Shown piece by piece: positions 18,699 to 29,054 of a stretch of 64,000 bases of DNA. Each line of letters opens with the position of its first letter. Position 1 is the first letter of the stretch. The notes under the pieces were generated by a model. The model did no database searches, was not told the DNA's origin, and was given only the letters and a program-made list of their open reading frames with translations. The stretch is from a virus. Made by a program: the position numbers and the translations under genes. The DNA lies in the IMG/VR virus record IMGVR_UViG_3300027736_000020, positions 32,001-96,000 of that record; one strand, written 5' to 3'.

Positions 18699-19685
18699 TT
18701 ACACTTTTGGAAATGCCAAAATCACAATTCCCGATCCTCCTGATCCAGAAGTGCCATAATGAACACCGCCACCGCCAGATCCCGTATTGTCTGTTGCGTT
18801 CGCTGCAGTGGCCTGACCAGATGCTCCGCCCCCACCCGCTCCACCCGCTACCGGATTATTGGGATTTGATGTTCCTCCGTATGCACCGTTACCGGCACAG
18901 GAACCTCCGCCGCCTGCTGCTCGCTGAATGGATGTTCCTGTAATGCTTGAAAATGCTCCAGCTCCACCAACACCCGTTCCTCCACCTCCACCAACATTGG
19001 TGTTCCCGCCACCGCCAGCTGTTCCAGCAGCGCCAGCGCCACCGCCACCGCCAGCAGCGCTATCAGTAGCTGATGAGGCCCCCCCATATCCTCCGTTATT
19101 TCCTTGACCAGCAGTTGCAGATCCGGGAACTCCTGATCCATTTCCGCCAGATCCTCCACCGCCAGATCCTCCCGTCTTTCCGTTGACTCCAGCATTGTTT
19201 CCGCCGCCGCCCCCTCCGCCTACAGAAGTAATTGTTGAAAAAGATGAATCATTTCCATTGGTGCCTCCTATAAAAGTGTTTACCACTTGCGCACCGCCTC
19301 CACCAACGACAACCGTGTAGGTTGTCCCCGATGTTATCCCTATAGTTCCCGTGCGATATCCGCCAGCTCCGCCTCCCCCTCCTCGCCAATTTCCGCCCGA
19401 GCCTCCTCCAGCTATAACAAGATACTCAACATTTAGATTTCTGTTTACGGAAATATTTGTCGTTGTCGAAACTGTTCCTGTGGCATTAAATGAATATGTA
19501 TCATAAAGTACTCCATTTCTAGATATTACACCAAGATATGTTCCCGTGGTTGTAAACACGTTTGGATTTGCATCGCTTAATTTTCTGAATTTTTTTACGC
19601 CTGTTCCTTTGTACAAATTAGAAATTGCGCGTTGAGAAATAGCAGATCGAGATATAGATGAGCGTGATGAAGAACTTATGCTCAT
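18699..19685 (-). CDS. Glycine-rich fibre-tip protein
   Basis: VEYLVIAGGGSGG...GGGGAGGY...GGSGIVIL. Start moved from 19844 to MSISSS (19685), just after the adaptor stop. Confidence 0.8.
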   Translation of the reverse strand: MSISSSSRSSISRSAISQRAISNLYKGTGVKKFRKLSDANPNVFTTTGTYLGVISRNGVLYDTYSFNATGTVSTTTNISVNRNLNVEYLVIAGGGSGGNWRGGGGGAGGYRTGTIGITSGTTYTVVVGGGGAQVVNTFIGGTNGNDSSFSTITSVGGGGGGGNNAGVNGKTGGSGGGGSGGNGSGVPGSATAGQGNNGGYGGASSATDSAAGGGGGAGAAGTAGGGGNTNVGGGGGTGVGGAGAFSSITGTSIQRAAGGGGSCAGNGAYGGTSNPNNPVAGGAGGGGASGQATAANATDNTGSGGGGVHYGTSGSGGSGIVILAFPKV

Positions 19686-19689
19686 AGTA

Positions 19690-20019
19690 TCACGGCCCCT
19701 GTAATCCATATGCGGTAATATGCACCGTTGCAGCGCTGGCACTTCCCACCAAATACCTATTGGTTGGATCAAGACAAATTCCCAATTGAAGTGCAACCGT
19801 ATCATTTGCTGCCACCGTTGCGGTGTATGCAATGTACGCTCCATGCGTAGCAGTTGAGTTTGTTCCTGTACTTAGTGTATATGTTGCAGATGTTGACGCA
19901 GTATTACATATTGTTATGCAATTTATTACCGTATAGGTACCGGCTGTAGAGCCATTATCTACAATGTTTGTTACTGCAGTGGCGGCCATGGTTCCTAATC
20001 TTTTAATTACTTCGGCCAT
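19690..20019 (-). CDS. Small fibre adaptor-like protein (family 1)
   Basis: 109 aa; clear paralog of 25633..25974 (KRLG...ICNT...ATY...YIAY..TV.ANDTV.L..G..LD.TN.YL..SASA.TV). Confidence 0.8.
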   Translation of the reverse strand: MAEVIKRLGTMAATAVTNIVDNGSTAGTYTVINCITICNTASTSATYTLSTGTNSTATHGAYIAYTATVAANDTVALQLGICLDPTNRYLVGSASAATVHITAYGLQGP

Positions 20020-20031
20020 TTTCTTTTTCCT

Positions 20032-22062
20032 TTACGATGTGAACATGAACTGACGGTAATAGGTTGTTCCAGAAGACCAGCCAAGAGTTCCTGAGGTGTC
20101 TGTAGCGGCGAGGACTTGCCCAACGGTTGGGGATGTGGGTAATGTCATCCTGACTCCAGCATTATTTATTCGCATACGTTCGTATCTTGCATTAAATGTT
20201 TGCATAGAAATTGCAGAGACTGCAGCAGATTGCGTGGAGCTAACAGTATATGTTCCCTTTCCTCCAAGCACAGTTGTTGGTGTTTCAGTGCTTGTTAATT
20301 GATCGAGAATAATAAGTCCGGAAGGAAGTCCAGCAGCATTTACAATTTCTTGAAAAGGTGCAATAGTTCCTGATGTTATTGCGGATACCGTGAGAATTGC
20401 GCTATTTGATGGAATGGATCCAGTAAAACTTGCTGCCGTACCAGCACCATTTATATAAAAAACATGATTTGCTGCTCCTCCTGCTATATAATCAAGTTGA
20501 CTGCCAGATATTCCAAAACCGAAGAAATTTGACGCGTATGTTGATCCTCCATCCCAAAGAATTATTTTGTTTGCAAATCCTGCATAAGGAGCATATGACC
20601 ATGCAGTAACGGAAAGTGGGGGGGTTACTAACGATAGAGACACGGTTCCTGTTTGCAAAGGCCCAATGGTTGTTTTCCCAGCAGCAGTGATGCGCATTCG
20701 CTCCAAACCTTGAGACATACTTCCCGGATTTGTGTAAAACGTAAGATCTGAAGGAACACTCCCCGTTGCCACTGTTCCGTTAGAAATTCCGTATATTCCG
20801 GCACCTTCTATAAAATTTGTTCCATCATATCCTTCCCATGTAATATGACCCAAATAATCCCCATTAACAACGGTTAACTTTGTTGCAACGGTTCCGCGAG
20901 ATTTTCTTATACGAAGATTGGGAGCATTTGAATTTGCCCCGTTGGCACGAAGCAAATACAAAGACTCTGTTGATCCCTGAATATCTAACAAAGCTCCCGG
21001 AGCAGTGGTCCCAATGCCGACGTTGCCGGATGGATTTAAAATAGTTATCCTTGCACTTAATGATGGCGATAATTTACATAGACCAGTGTTATTAGTAGTA
21101 GGATACACAGTTGTTCCGTTATATGTAAAAATATGTCCAACTGCATAGACCGATGCTCCTATATCAGACCACCAAGTATTTCCCACAACGGTAATAGTGT
21201 ATTTTGTTCCGCTCACTAGCCCTGTTGTTGGATTAAATGCAGTTGCGCTATTATCTCCTTTATCATTTCCGTATAGTGTAATGCTAGATGGCTGATATGC
21301 CATGCCACCAAGGTAACTGTCGGGAAGTGTGGTACCACGAGGTGTATAAGGAAAGATAAGCGGCGCCCAAGAAAAATCATCTGTAGATCGCCCAATTGCT
21401 CTATATGCTTGACCTCCCGTATCAGAATATGAACCAATTTCTGTAAAAGCAGCTTTCCCGCGAACGTCAAGTGCTGCATCAGGACCAGTGGTTCCAATAC
21501 CGACGTTGCCAGCAGAAGAAAAATAAACCCTTGAAGTTCCTACTGCGACATTAACTGCAGATCCACTGCGAAACTCCAATCCGCCATTAGCTCCTCGAAT
21601 AGTATAATTATTGCCGCTTGCAGTAATTCCTGTAAATTGGGTTGGGCTAGATACTGATAAACTGGAAGGATTAGTTACGGAATATGTTCCATTCCCACCT
21701 GCTGTACCAGTGAGTTGTCCTGTAATAACTACAGTTGAAGAAAAACCGCTCCAATTAATTGTTTGTCCAACAGCAAGTGTACCTCCTGCTGACACACCTC
21801 CAACTGATAGTGTTGTTCCAGATACTGTTCCTATTCCAAACGCTGCCACAGAATCAAAATACAGCGCTGTTGACAGTGTTGATAATTCAAAACTATCTGT
21901 TCGCCGCTTCATTTGCAATCCAGCAAAACCAGTTCCGGCTATTTCTAATGTAGTTGCCGGACTCGTGGTCCCAATGCCGACGTTTCCCAATGAAACAGTC
22001 AAGCCATTGGGAAAATCGGGCGTAGAATTTACTAAACTTCTTGTTGGTGCATATCTTGTCAT
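20032..22062 (-). CDS. Tail/head fibre protein with GNVGIGTT repeats
   Basis: Three GNVGIGTT junctions. Start moved to MTRYAP (22062), giving an ATGA overlap with the upstream stop. Confidence 0.82.
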   Translation of the reverse strand: MTRYAPTRSLVNSTPDFPNGLTVSLGNVGIGTTSPATTLEIAGTGFAGLQMKRRTDSFELSTLSTALYFDSVAAFGIGTVSGTTLSVGGVSAGGTLAVGQTINWSGFSSTVVITGQLTGTAGGNGTYSVTNPSSLSVSSPTQFTGITASGNNYTIRGANGGLEFRSGSAVNVAVGTSRVYFSSAGNVGIGTTGPDAALDVRGKAAFTEIGSYSDTGGQAYRAIGRSTDDFSWAPLIFPYTPRGTTLPDSYLGGMAYQPSSITLYGNDKGDNSATAFNPTTGLVSGTKYTITVVGNTWWSDIGASVYAVGHIFTYNGTTVYPTTNNTGLCKLSPSLSARITILNPSGNVGIGTTAPGALLDIQGSTESLYLLRANGANSNAPNLRIRKSRGTVATKLTVVNGDYLGHITWEGYDGTNFIEGAGIYGISNGTVATGSVPSDLTFYTNPGSMSQGLERMRITAAGKTTIGPLQTGTVSLSLVTPPLSVTAWSYAPYAGFANKIILWDGGSTYASNFFGFGISGSQLDYIAGGAANHVFYINGAGTAASFTGSIPSNSAILTVSAITSGTIAPFQEIVNAAGLPSGLIILDQLTSTETPTTVLGGKGTYTVSSTQSAAVSAISMQTFNARYERMRINNAGVRMTLPTSPTVGQVLAATDTSGTLGWSSGTTYYRQFMFTS

Positions 22063-22673
22063 CCGATCACCTCGAAGCCACAAATAGCATGAATGGCATT
22101 TGTTGTTCCGGCCGAAAGATATAAATAATCTGCTTCTTCCAGATAAATACTTGAATCCTTGGACAAAAGCACAAGGGAGGAATTTCCGGGAACAGTGACA
22201 TTCACAGCCAGTGCCCGTTCAACAGCGGGGTTTGTCCATGACAGTGTGGTCAGGGCACCTGCGCTCGCACTCGTTGTGCCCGTGACGGCAATACTGTAAT
22301 TTGTTCCGGAAATGGTAATCGCACCTACGGTAACGCCCGTTCCGGTGCTGATGGGGCTAATTCCTGACCCAGTGATGGTTATGGAGGCAGCAAGGAATGG
22401 TCCAGCAGACATGGGAACAGTCAACGTGTATGCTCCGCTCGTCACTGTTCCTACTGTTCCACTGGTAGCCGTATACGTTTCCGCAGCGCTATACATGTAG
22501 AGCGTGACGGTAGCCGCTGTTGCCGTGACATTCGAGGCGAGAATGGAATTGATCTTGTAGAGTTGGCCGCTCGAAGCAGGATTGGTCACAATCGTGCACG
22601 AGGTCGTAGGCACAAGAATGCTTGTCGTCTTTCCTCGTATTGCGCTTACTCCCATGATGTTTGGATTGGCCAT
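22059..22673 (-). CDS. Small fibre adaptor-like protein (family 2) with ~80-aa insertion
   Basis: MANPNI...I.GKT...KINSI..NV...VPGNSSLVLLSKDSSIYLEE; paralog of 28678..29043. Confidence 0.8.
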   Translation of the reverse strand: MANPNIMGVSAIRGKTTSILVPTTSCTIVTNPASSGQLYKINSILASNVTATAATVTLYMYSAAETYTATSGTVGTVTSGAYTLTVPMSAGPFLAASITITGSGISPISTGTGVTVGAITISGTNYSIAVTGTTSASAGALTTLSWTNPAVERALAVNVTVPGNSSLVLLSKDSSIYLEEADYLYLSAGTTNAIHAICGFEVIG

Positions 22674-22707
22674 TTTTTTTTATTTCCTTGCGTTTTTATT
22701 ATAAAAA

Positions 22708-23559
22708 CTATTTTGCCACGCGTATGATGATTATGCCTTTTCCGCCGCTACCACCAATCGCTCCTGAACTGCCATTATTGTCATTTCTTGTTCCGTATCC
22801 ACCATTTCCGGTATTTGCTGCTCCTGAAGTAGCAGTGGATGCGCCTGTATGCGCACCGCCATTTCCACCAGCACCGTAAACGACACTATTGATCGCCGAA
22901 GTTTTTCCTGTCCCTCCAGTACCAGCAACCTGATTGCCAGCCGCTCCTCCGGCAGCACCTGCGCCGCCGCCGCCGCCGCCAGCATAGGATGAGGCACTTG
23001 CCGTATATGCAGCGCCACCAGAATTACCCTGTCCTGTTGTGCCTACACCGGCAGCTAACCATGACGGAACACCTTCATTCCCCAAGCTTCCTCCTCCTCC
23101 GCTTCCCACTACTCCATTTCCAGTTCCTGCGTCGAAAACGCTACTGTATGTATAATCTCTCCAAAAACTTGCGCCTTTTCCCCCTCCGTACGCAGTGACT
23201 GAAGCGAATGATGACGCTGTTCCACTTGAGCCATTTGGGTATGCTCCAGCTCCTCCACCACCCACTACGACGTTATACACAGTATTTGCGGAACAAGATA
23301 TGACTTGTTCAAGTACACCACCGCCTCCGCCTCCGCCTCCCATTCTTCCTCCGCCAGCACCTCCCCCGCCAACAATCAGTGCCGTTACCGATGTTGTCTT
23401 TGGAAATTTTATTGTTCCAGTGTCAAGAAAAGTATAGTAATAATATGTTGCGTCGCTAGTCTTCGTTCCTATTGTAAATGATAGTGCTGGACCATATTCT
23501 GCAACATATGCGGCAATAGTGACATCTCTATCTGAGACCTGATTGTATAAATAACTCAT
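22708..23559 (-). CDS. Glycine-rich fibre-tip protein
   Basis: YYTFLDTGT...ALIVGGGGAGG...GGSGGKGIIIIR; paralog of 18699..19685. Start moved to MSYLYN (23559). Confidence 0.8.
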   Translation of the reverse strand: MSYLYNQVSDRDVTIAAYVAEYGPALSFTIGTKTSDATYYYYTFLDTGTIKFPKTTSVTALIVGGGGAGGGRMGGGGGGGGVLEQVISCSANTVYNVVVGGGGAGAYPNGSSGTASSFASVTAYGGGKGASFWRDYTYSSVFDAGTGNGVVGSGGGGSLGNEGVPSWLAAGVGTTGQGNSGGAAYTASASSYAGGGGGGAGAAGGAAGNQVAGTGGTGKTSAINSVVYGAGGNGGAHTGASTATSGAANTGNGGYGTRNDNNGSSGAIGGSGGKGIIIIRVAK

Positions 23560-23569
23560 GTCATTCTCC

Positions 23570-25633
23570 CTAAATAATGAACCATGTGTTTGTGCCATCG
23601 GAAACAAATGTATATGAATCATATTGCGCCGGAATTGAAAATGCTGCTCCTGCACTGCCTAATTCAATGAACTGTCCAGCTGCTGGAGTAATGTTTACAG
23701 TGCCGGGCGTCAGTCTTTTTATGATGTACACCCTGTTTGCCGCAGTGGCTGCATTAGGCAGTGTATAAACAACATTCCCTGTTGCCGCACTAGTAATAAT
23801 ATATTGCGTGGCATCAAGCGTTGTTCCACTAGCAAGCAAAGGAGAAACTTTTACTGATTGTGATCCTGATACATGAAATGTAGATTTTGGATCACTCGTC
23901 CCAATGCCGACGTTGCCAGCGGTAGTAATTCGCACTCGTTCCGCCCCGTTGGTGTATATTTCCACACCTCCAACGTTGTATGTTCCTCCTGAACCTCTTG
24001 CAACAAACATGCCTGAAGTGGCGGTTGTCGGACCACCTCGCAGAATAAGTGATCCATCGGCAGTATTTACTGGCCGGTCAATGTATACATCGGCTGTGGC
24101 ACCGTTAACGGAAAGAGATGCGGTAGGACTCGTGGTCCCAATGCCGACGTTGCCAGCATTGGTAATTGCCAAGCGGACTAAGCCATTTGGGCCTCCGCCA
24201 TACGTAGTGTCGGTTTTCCAATCTTCGCGGAAAATTCTGAACAAACCGGAGGCGTTATCTATATTCCATATGACTGGAGTACCAGTCATTGTTGCTGCAG
24301 TGGAAACGGTGGCGAGACTTGTGTCAAGATTGACCGTATATGGGCCAGATCCTGACACACTTGTCACAACGGCTCCCGTAGTAACTCCCGCGACAGACAG
24401 CACTTGTCCCGCAGCCCAAGCCCCGGTTACTGTTCCGGAAGTGGTCATGACTGTTCCAAGTATCGTACCTTGAGACGAAGCAGTGTTCGTAGTCTCGGAT
24501 TCAAGGGTCAGCCGTCCGTTTGTTGGTGCACCAGCGAATCCTTGAGGAGATGTGGCTTGCGGTGCGCGAAGGCGAAGATGCCCGTTGATGCTGACAGGAA
24601 CAGAAAATCGCGCAAGCATGGAATATGTTGAATACTGATAAGCTCCGGTAGTGTACACCTCATTGTATGTAGGAAAACTGAGATCAAAAAATCTTTCGGT
24701 AATATTTGTTCCGCCAGAAACTGTTGCATTTCCCCCGGTATCTGTTCGTTCAGGATATCCCCAAATGCTGTATTGTCTTGCACCCGTAATTTTTGTGTCG
24801 CTTAATGTGTCTACATACGTAGCCCAGTGTATGCCGCCCAAATCCGAAAAAGAATATGTGGAAGTTCCCGCCGTGCTTGTTGTAGTGGAAAAAATGACTA
24901 CATCCGTGGCGTTTGTTATTGATTGAATAATGCAAGAAGTGCCAACGGCTCCTGCAGTTGTCCCTGTGGCAACGCTTGTCACTTTCATTCCAATGTGTAG
25001 TGCGGAAGTTGATGCAACCGCCAGTGTTGCAGTCCTAGCCGAACCAGTGCCACCCACAGCAGAAATTGTTCCACCAATACTGGGCACATCGGTATTTTTT
25101 GCAAAAAGCTGAACTGCAACCCAAGGAGCTGTCGTTCTTGTGGCTTGAATATTTATTTGCGACGTATTCATGAAGGCATAAATTCGATTATTTACCAATA
25201 AGTATTCTTTTGATTGATCAATTGCTCCTGCTGCATTTCCATATCCAATAGTCAAATTTGGATTTGGCGTATTCGTATACGTAAATAATTGAAAATTGTC
25301 AGAAGCAGTTGATGTTAATTGCAGTCCATTAATTGTTCCGGTTCCATTAGAAAATGTACCCGTCACAGAAGTATTATTATTTAAAGTGATTCCACCGGGC
25401 GCACCAACCCACAAACTTTTTCCGGCAGTGCTTGTATAAAGTCGTATTTGATTATTCGTCGGATAGTCATCAATGGTGTATCCAATGGTGCCAATTGAAA
25501 GGGATGAAAGGGACTGCGTGGACGAAACACTCAACGTCGTGACGCCATTCGTTGTCGATGAGGTCAGCCCGGTTCCTCCCAGAACTTGGGCCGCAACATT
25601 CAATCCAGAAACCGTTAGCGTCTTGATAGTCAT
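23570..25633 (-). CDS. Fibre protein with GNVGIGT repeats
   Basis: 687 aa; two GNVGIGT junctions; C-terminal YTLPNAATAANRVYIIKR...YDSYTFVSDGTNTWFII fibre-tip motif. Confidence 0.8.
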   Translation of the reverse strand: MTIKTLTVSGLNVAAQVLGGTGLTSSTTNGVTTLSVSSTQSLSSLSIGTIGYTIDDYPTNNQIRLYTSTAGKSLWVGAPGGITLNNNTSVTGTFSNGTGTINGLQLTSTASDNFQLFTYTNTPNPNLTIGYGNAAGAIDQSKEYLLVNNRIYAFMNTSQINIQATRTTAPWVAVQLFAKNTDVPSIGGTISAVGGTGSARTATLAVASTSALHIGMKVTSVATGTTAGAVGTSCIIQSITNATDVVIFSTTTSTAGTSTYSFSDLGGIHWATYVDTLSDTKITGARQYSIWGYPERTDTGGNATVSGGTNITERFFDLSFPTYNEVYTTGAYQYSTYSMLARFSVPVSINGHLRLRAPQATSPQGFAGAPTNGRLTLESETTNTASSQGTILGTVMTTSGTVTGAWAAGQVLSVAGVTTGAVVTSVSGSGPYTVNLDTSLATVSTAATMTGTPVIWNIDNASGLFRIFREDWKTDTTYGGGPNGLVRLAITNAGNVGIGTTSPTASLSVNGATADVYIDRPVNTADGSLILRGGPTTATSGMFVARGSGGTYNVGGVEIYTNGAERVRITTAGNVGIGTSDPKSTFHVSGSQSVKVSPLLASGTTLDATQYIITSAATGNVVYTLPNAATAANRVYIIKRLTPGTVNITPAAGQFIELGSAGAAFSIPAQYDSYTFVSDGTNTWFII

Positions 25634-25974
25634 TAGCTTATTTCCACGCCAGAAACACTGAATGCCACCGTAACAGCACTCGCAGATACAAGCAAGTATT
25701 TATTGGTCAAATCAAGAGTGGTTCCGACAGTAAGAAAGACCGTGTCATTCGCATTGACGGTTCCTCCGTACGCAATGTATCCCGTATATCCCGAGGCTGG
25801 AAACGTATTTGCGGTAGAAATACACACCCTATACGTCGCACTGGCCCCGGCAGTATTGCAAATGACTATCGTGCTGGCAATGGCCGCAGTGACAGTGCAG
25901 GTATAGAGAACGTCTGCGGTTCCAATGGTTCCACTTGATGTTATTGCGCCCAATCTTTTATATGTTTGCGCCAT
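25633..25974 (-). CDS. Small fibre adaptor-like protein (family 1)
   Basis: 113 aa, MAQTYKRLG; paralog of 19690..20019; SD GGAG upstream. Confidence 0.8.
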   Translation of the reverse strand: MAQTYKRLGAITSSGTIGTADVLYTCTVTAAIASTIVICNTAGASATYRVCISTANTFPASGYTGYIAYGGTVNANDTVFLTVGTTLDLTNKYLLVSASAVTVAFSVSGVEIS

Positions 25975-26028
25975 TATGATGCTCCAATCAATTATACATT
26001 TTTATGAGCTTTTTAATTCGGCATTTTT

Positions 26029-27882
26029 TCATCGAACATATATTTCAAAACGGGCGGATCGGTTGATTCCGGTCGTGTCCTGACAGCAAGCGATGTAATC
26101 GCCTGCGCTTCGAGTACCGTTAGCCATCCCGATGCCTCCAAACACGTCATTCGTTCCGACGTAGATTTGATTAGTGCTTGGCCAAAGACCCTCGCCGTTT
26201 TCGTTCCATCCAAAGCCCCATCGAACAGATCCGGTAACCGAAGGATATAGCGTGTAATTGACTTGAGAATAATTAAATCCATAAAACCTGATATCCGTCT
26301 GACTGGAGAATGAACCATTCGACCACCCAGTAAAGGTCTTGGCGTCTCGCTTGAACAAGCCGCTGCCCCCGTACTGGACCGGATACGACAGGTTGAAGAA
26401 GTTGGTCAGCGATTGACGACTAGTGCCGTTAAAGTCGTTTTCCAACCATGTCCACTGAGTATTGTTGGAGATGCTGCCTCCTGTCCACGTGATCTGGCTG
26501 GTGGTGGTCTTGTAGCAGTAGAAGTCGGCAACGAAGTTGTAGTTCTGACCAGATGCGGCCCATCCGGCGTTGTCAATTCGAAACCTCCCGTGAGTCGTGC
26601 TGGCCGTCGTCGTGAGGGCAATCGTGTTGGCTACACCATCGACCAGAGTTGTCGTCGTCACGATGGTGCCGGACTGAAGTTGCTCGAAGTACATGGCGTG
26701 AGCACTGCCCTTGTTGGTTGTTCCCTTGTTGACGCCAACCGATATGGCCGTATTGGCGGGAACGGAAAATGTCGAGGAGTATGAGCGGTGCGTACTGTTG
26801 TTGGAGATCCACGGCTTGACACCGTTGTCCGTGTTGGCTGTCGGGGAACTGTTGATCGTATACTGGACATTGATGGTGACCGCAGGCGTGACCCGCGCCG
26901 AAATCTCCAAGGGAATCATGGTGACCTGCGTCCCATTGGTGAATGTCGCCGCGGTCGCGCCGCTGAGGTCATCAATGACCACTTCACGGATGTTGGTATC
27001 GGCCTTGACGATCCTGAACGCGTAGTACCGTTCGGCCATGACATTGGCGGGAGTCATGTCGGGCCACAATCCAAGGATATCTTTTGCACCGAAGTAGTTA
27101 AAAGTCTGGTATTTTGCATTTCCAGCATTTGTGGTGGTATCACTGGGATTAAGGGTATTGAAGGTGGTCCAATAGGAAGAAGAATAGGAAAAAGTGGTAT
27201 CACTCAAGGATTTCCCGCCCTTCATTGCTAGCATCCATCCGCCACCGTCGTACGCGGAGTCCATCAGGCAGTAAACCTGCGTTGGACCGACAGTCGGGAG
27301 ATTGATCCAATACACACCGTTAGTATTGGTTCCCGTTAACGTTTTGATGGACATTGCACTGTCTCCGGCAAGGGCAGACGTAGATCCATTACCTGAAGCA
27401 TTTACAGGAGTAATTGTCGATACATTTGCCAATAATATTCCGGAAGAATTTGCAAGTCGTATTTCAATATAAAATGAATCAGTTTCTATTCCATCAGAGC
27501 TTACCAACGTTTTTGTAAATTCTCCCGAAGATGTTGTTCCCCATTCAGAATATGTGGTAAATGTTCCAGTCATTAATCCATCAGTAAAATCTTCTGCTAA
27601 TACTGATCCTGTTAATGGAACAATTGTATAATGTAATGTTAATCCAGCCGTCGCTTTGGATAAATTGATCTTTACGGTAAAAGTCGTTCCTTCGGTGGGA
27701 GTAACTGACGGAGTGACAGATGTCCAATTCGTGCGAATTTGCTGAGGCCACGTCGCCTGCCTGACATGATTGTATGCCTGAAAAGAATCATATATTCCCG
27801 AGATTGACACAGGAGCAAACCCTGTCGCAGATGTTTGCGAGGGAAGATTCTGTGGTCCAATGATTCCGCCGTTTTTTATCAT
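26029..27882 (-). CDS. Fibrinogen-related (FReD / intelectin-like) lectin domain protein
   Basis: IKTLTGTNTNGVYWINLP...TQVYCLMDSAYDGGGWML is the fibrinogen C-terminal signature. C-terminal VRWGFGWNEN...GGIGM; N-terminal Ig/Calx-beta-like stretch. Confidence 0.85.
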   Translation of the reverse strand: MIKNGGIIGPQNLPSQTSATGFAPVSISGIYDSFQAYNHVRQATWPQQIRTNWTSVTPSVTPTEGTTFTVKINLSKATAGLTLHYTIVPLTGSVLAEDFTDGLMTGTFTTYSEWGTTSSGEFTKTLVSSDGIETDSFYIEIRLANSSGILLANVSTITPVNASGNGSTSALAGDSAMSIKTLTGTNTNGVYWINLPTVGPTQVYCLMDSAYDGGGWMLAMKGGKSLSDTTFSYSSSYWTTFNTLNPSDTTTNAGNAKYQTFNYFGAKDILGLWPDMTPANVMAERYYAFRIVKADTNIREVVIDDLSGATAATFTNGTQVTMIPLEISARVTPAVTINVQYTINSSPTANTDNGVKPWISNNSTHRSYSSTFSVPANTAISVGVNKGTTNKGSAHAMYFEQLQSGTIVTTTTLVDGVANTIALTTTASTTHGRFRIDNAGWAASGQNYNFVADFYCYKTTTSQITWTGGSISNNTQWTWLENDFNGTSRQSLTNFFNLSYPVQYGGSGLFKRDAKTFTGWSNGSFSSQTDIRFYGFNYSQVNYTLYPSVTGSVRWGFGWNENGEGLWPSTNQIYVGTNDVFGGIGMANGTRSAGDYIACCQDTTGINRSARFEIYVR

Positions 27883-27892
27883 TTATTTTCTC

Positions 27893-28675
27893 TTATACCG
27901 GGTAATCTGTTGTGTACAGCGACGGGTATCTATTTTTAAAAACATAATAATTCTGCATTATTTCGGCGTAAGACAACACTCTGTTATATGCTAATACAAA
28001 TGATATATAACAACTTGAGAATTCGGATGTAGCATTAAAAGTTCCAAGATAAAATGCATTTGGCCCTTGCGACCCGTAAGAGTTAGGGCCAAAACTCAAA
28101 GCAAGTCCATCGTATAAAGCCCAACTGTCAGAAGTATAATTTCCAGTGCAAGTAAATATTCTCCAGTTTGTATCGTTGTTTTGATAGGTAATATTTGTGC
28201 CTAATCCTGCACTTAGATCGTTAATCCATCCTTCAGAATAATACCTTTCATATCCTCCGCCATGATATCCCAATAAAAAATTATTATATCTTCCACTCAC
28301 CACGCGCCCCTGAATGGCCGTGTTAAAAATTTTTGTTCCTGCCATAATTGTATGATTTGTCGTGGAAAGATTTGGCCCCGCAGTTCGAATATATTGTCCA
28401 ACTGTACTTGATGTAGCAGTACATATCATTACCCCTCCATCTGTGGTTCCGCTCCAAGTAACCCCATTGACAAGAGTGCCATTATTTCCAGATCCGCTAA
28501 GATCAGTCCATGTTGTGCCAGTGCCTGAATAACTTGCAGTATTTCCCGCATCAAGATGCAACACAAGACCCGAAGAAACAACGCCGAAATTTGCTTTGCC
28601 GACAACGTCAATAGTGTTTGATCTTTTTTGCTGACTTGATCCTATGTATCCTGCGTTATTTGAAAAAAACGACAT
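27893..28675 (-). CDS. Concanavalin A / LamG-like lectin domain protein
   Basis: GLVLHLDAGNTASYSGTGTTWTDLSGSGNNGTLVNG ... AYNRVLSYAEIMQNY. Start moved to MSFFSN (28675). Confidence 0.85.
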   Translation of the reverse strand: MSFFSNNAGYIGSSQQKRSNTIDVVGKANFGVVSSGLVLHLDAGNTASYSGTGTTWTDLSGSGNNGTLVNGVTWSGTTDGGVMICTATSSTVGQYIRTAGPNLSTTNHTIMAGTKIFNTAIQGRVVSGRYNNFLLGYHGGGYERYYSEGWINDLSAGLGTNITYQNNDTNWRIFTCTGNYTSDSWALYDGLALSFGPNSYGSQGPNAFYLGTFNATSEFSSCYISFVLAYNRVLSYAEIMQNYYVFKNRYPSLYTTDYPV

Positions 28676-28677
28676 TT

Positions 28678-29043
28678 TTATACACCAATCTCTTCGTATG
28701 AGCAAATTGCTTCCAATTTGCTTACGGTGCTTGCGGTAAGTCTCAAGCTATCATTTTCTTCTAGATATATTGCGCTTTCTTTTGACAACAAAACTAGCGT
28801 TGCGTTGGCAGGAACAGAAATCAAATACGCAATACGATACGCCGTGGTTGCGGCTTTGTAAACATCAGCAGTAATATTATACGCTGTTGTACCGTCAACA
28901 TTTGCAATAATTAATGAATTTATTTTCAATACTTTTCCTGAAGATGACCCGTTGGCTACAATCGCGGTTGCAGTAACTGGAACAGCAAGTCCTGCGGTTT
29001 TTCCGTACATGGTTGCTATTGATACGATATTTGGTGCGGCCAT
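28678..29043 (-). CDS. Small fibre adaptor-like protein (family 2)
   Basis: 121 aa, MAAPNIV...GKT...KINSLIIANVDG...VPANATLVLLSK...IYLEE; follows a fibre ending in AIAFSILFR. Confidence 0.8.
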   Translation of the reverse strand: MAAPNIVSIATMYGKTAGLAVPVTATAIVANGSSSGKVLKINSLIIANVDGTTAYNITADVYKAATTAYRIAYLISVPANATLVLLSKESAIYLEENDSLRLTASTVSKLEAICSYEEIGV

Positions 29044-29054
29044 TTTTTAATCCT

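Noticed and set aside
22692-22708. Palindrome GTTTTTAT-T-ATAAAAAC as a terminator
   Set aside because: Almost all A/T with a 1-nt loop, so too weak; kept only as the site of a candidate -10 box.
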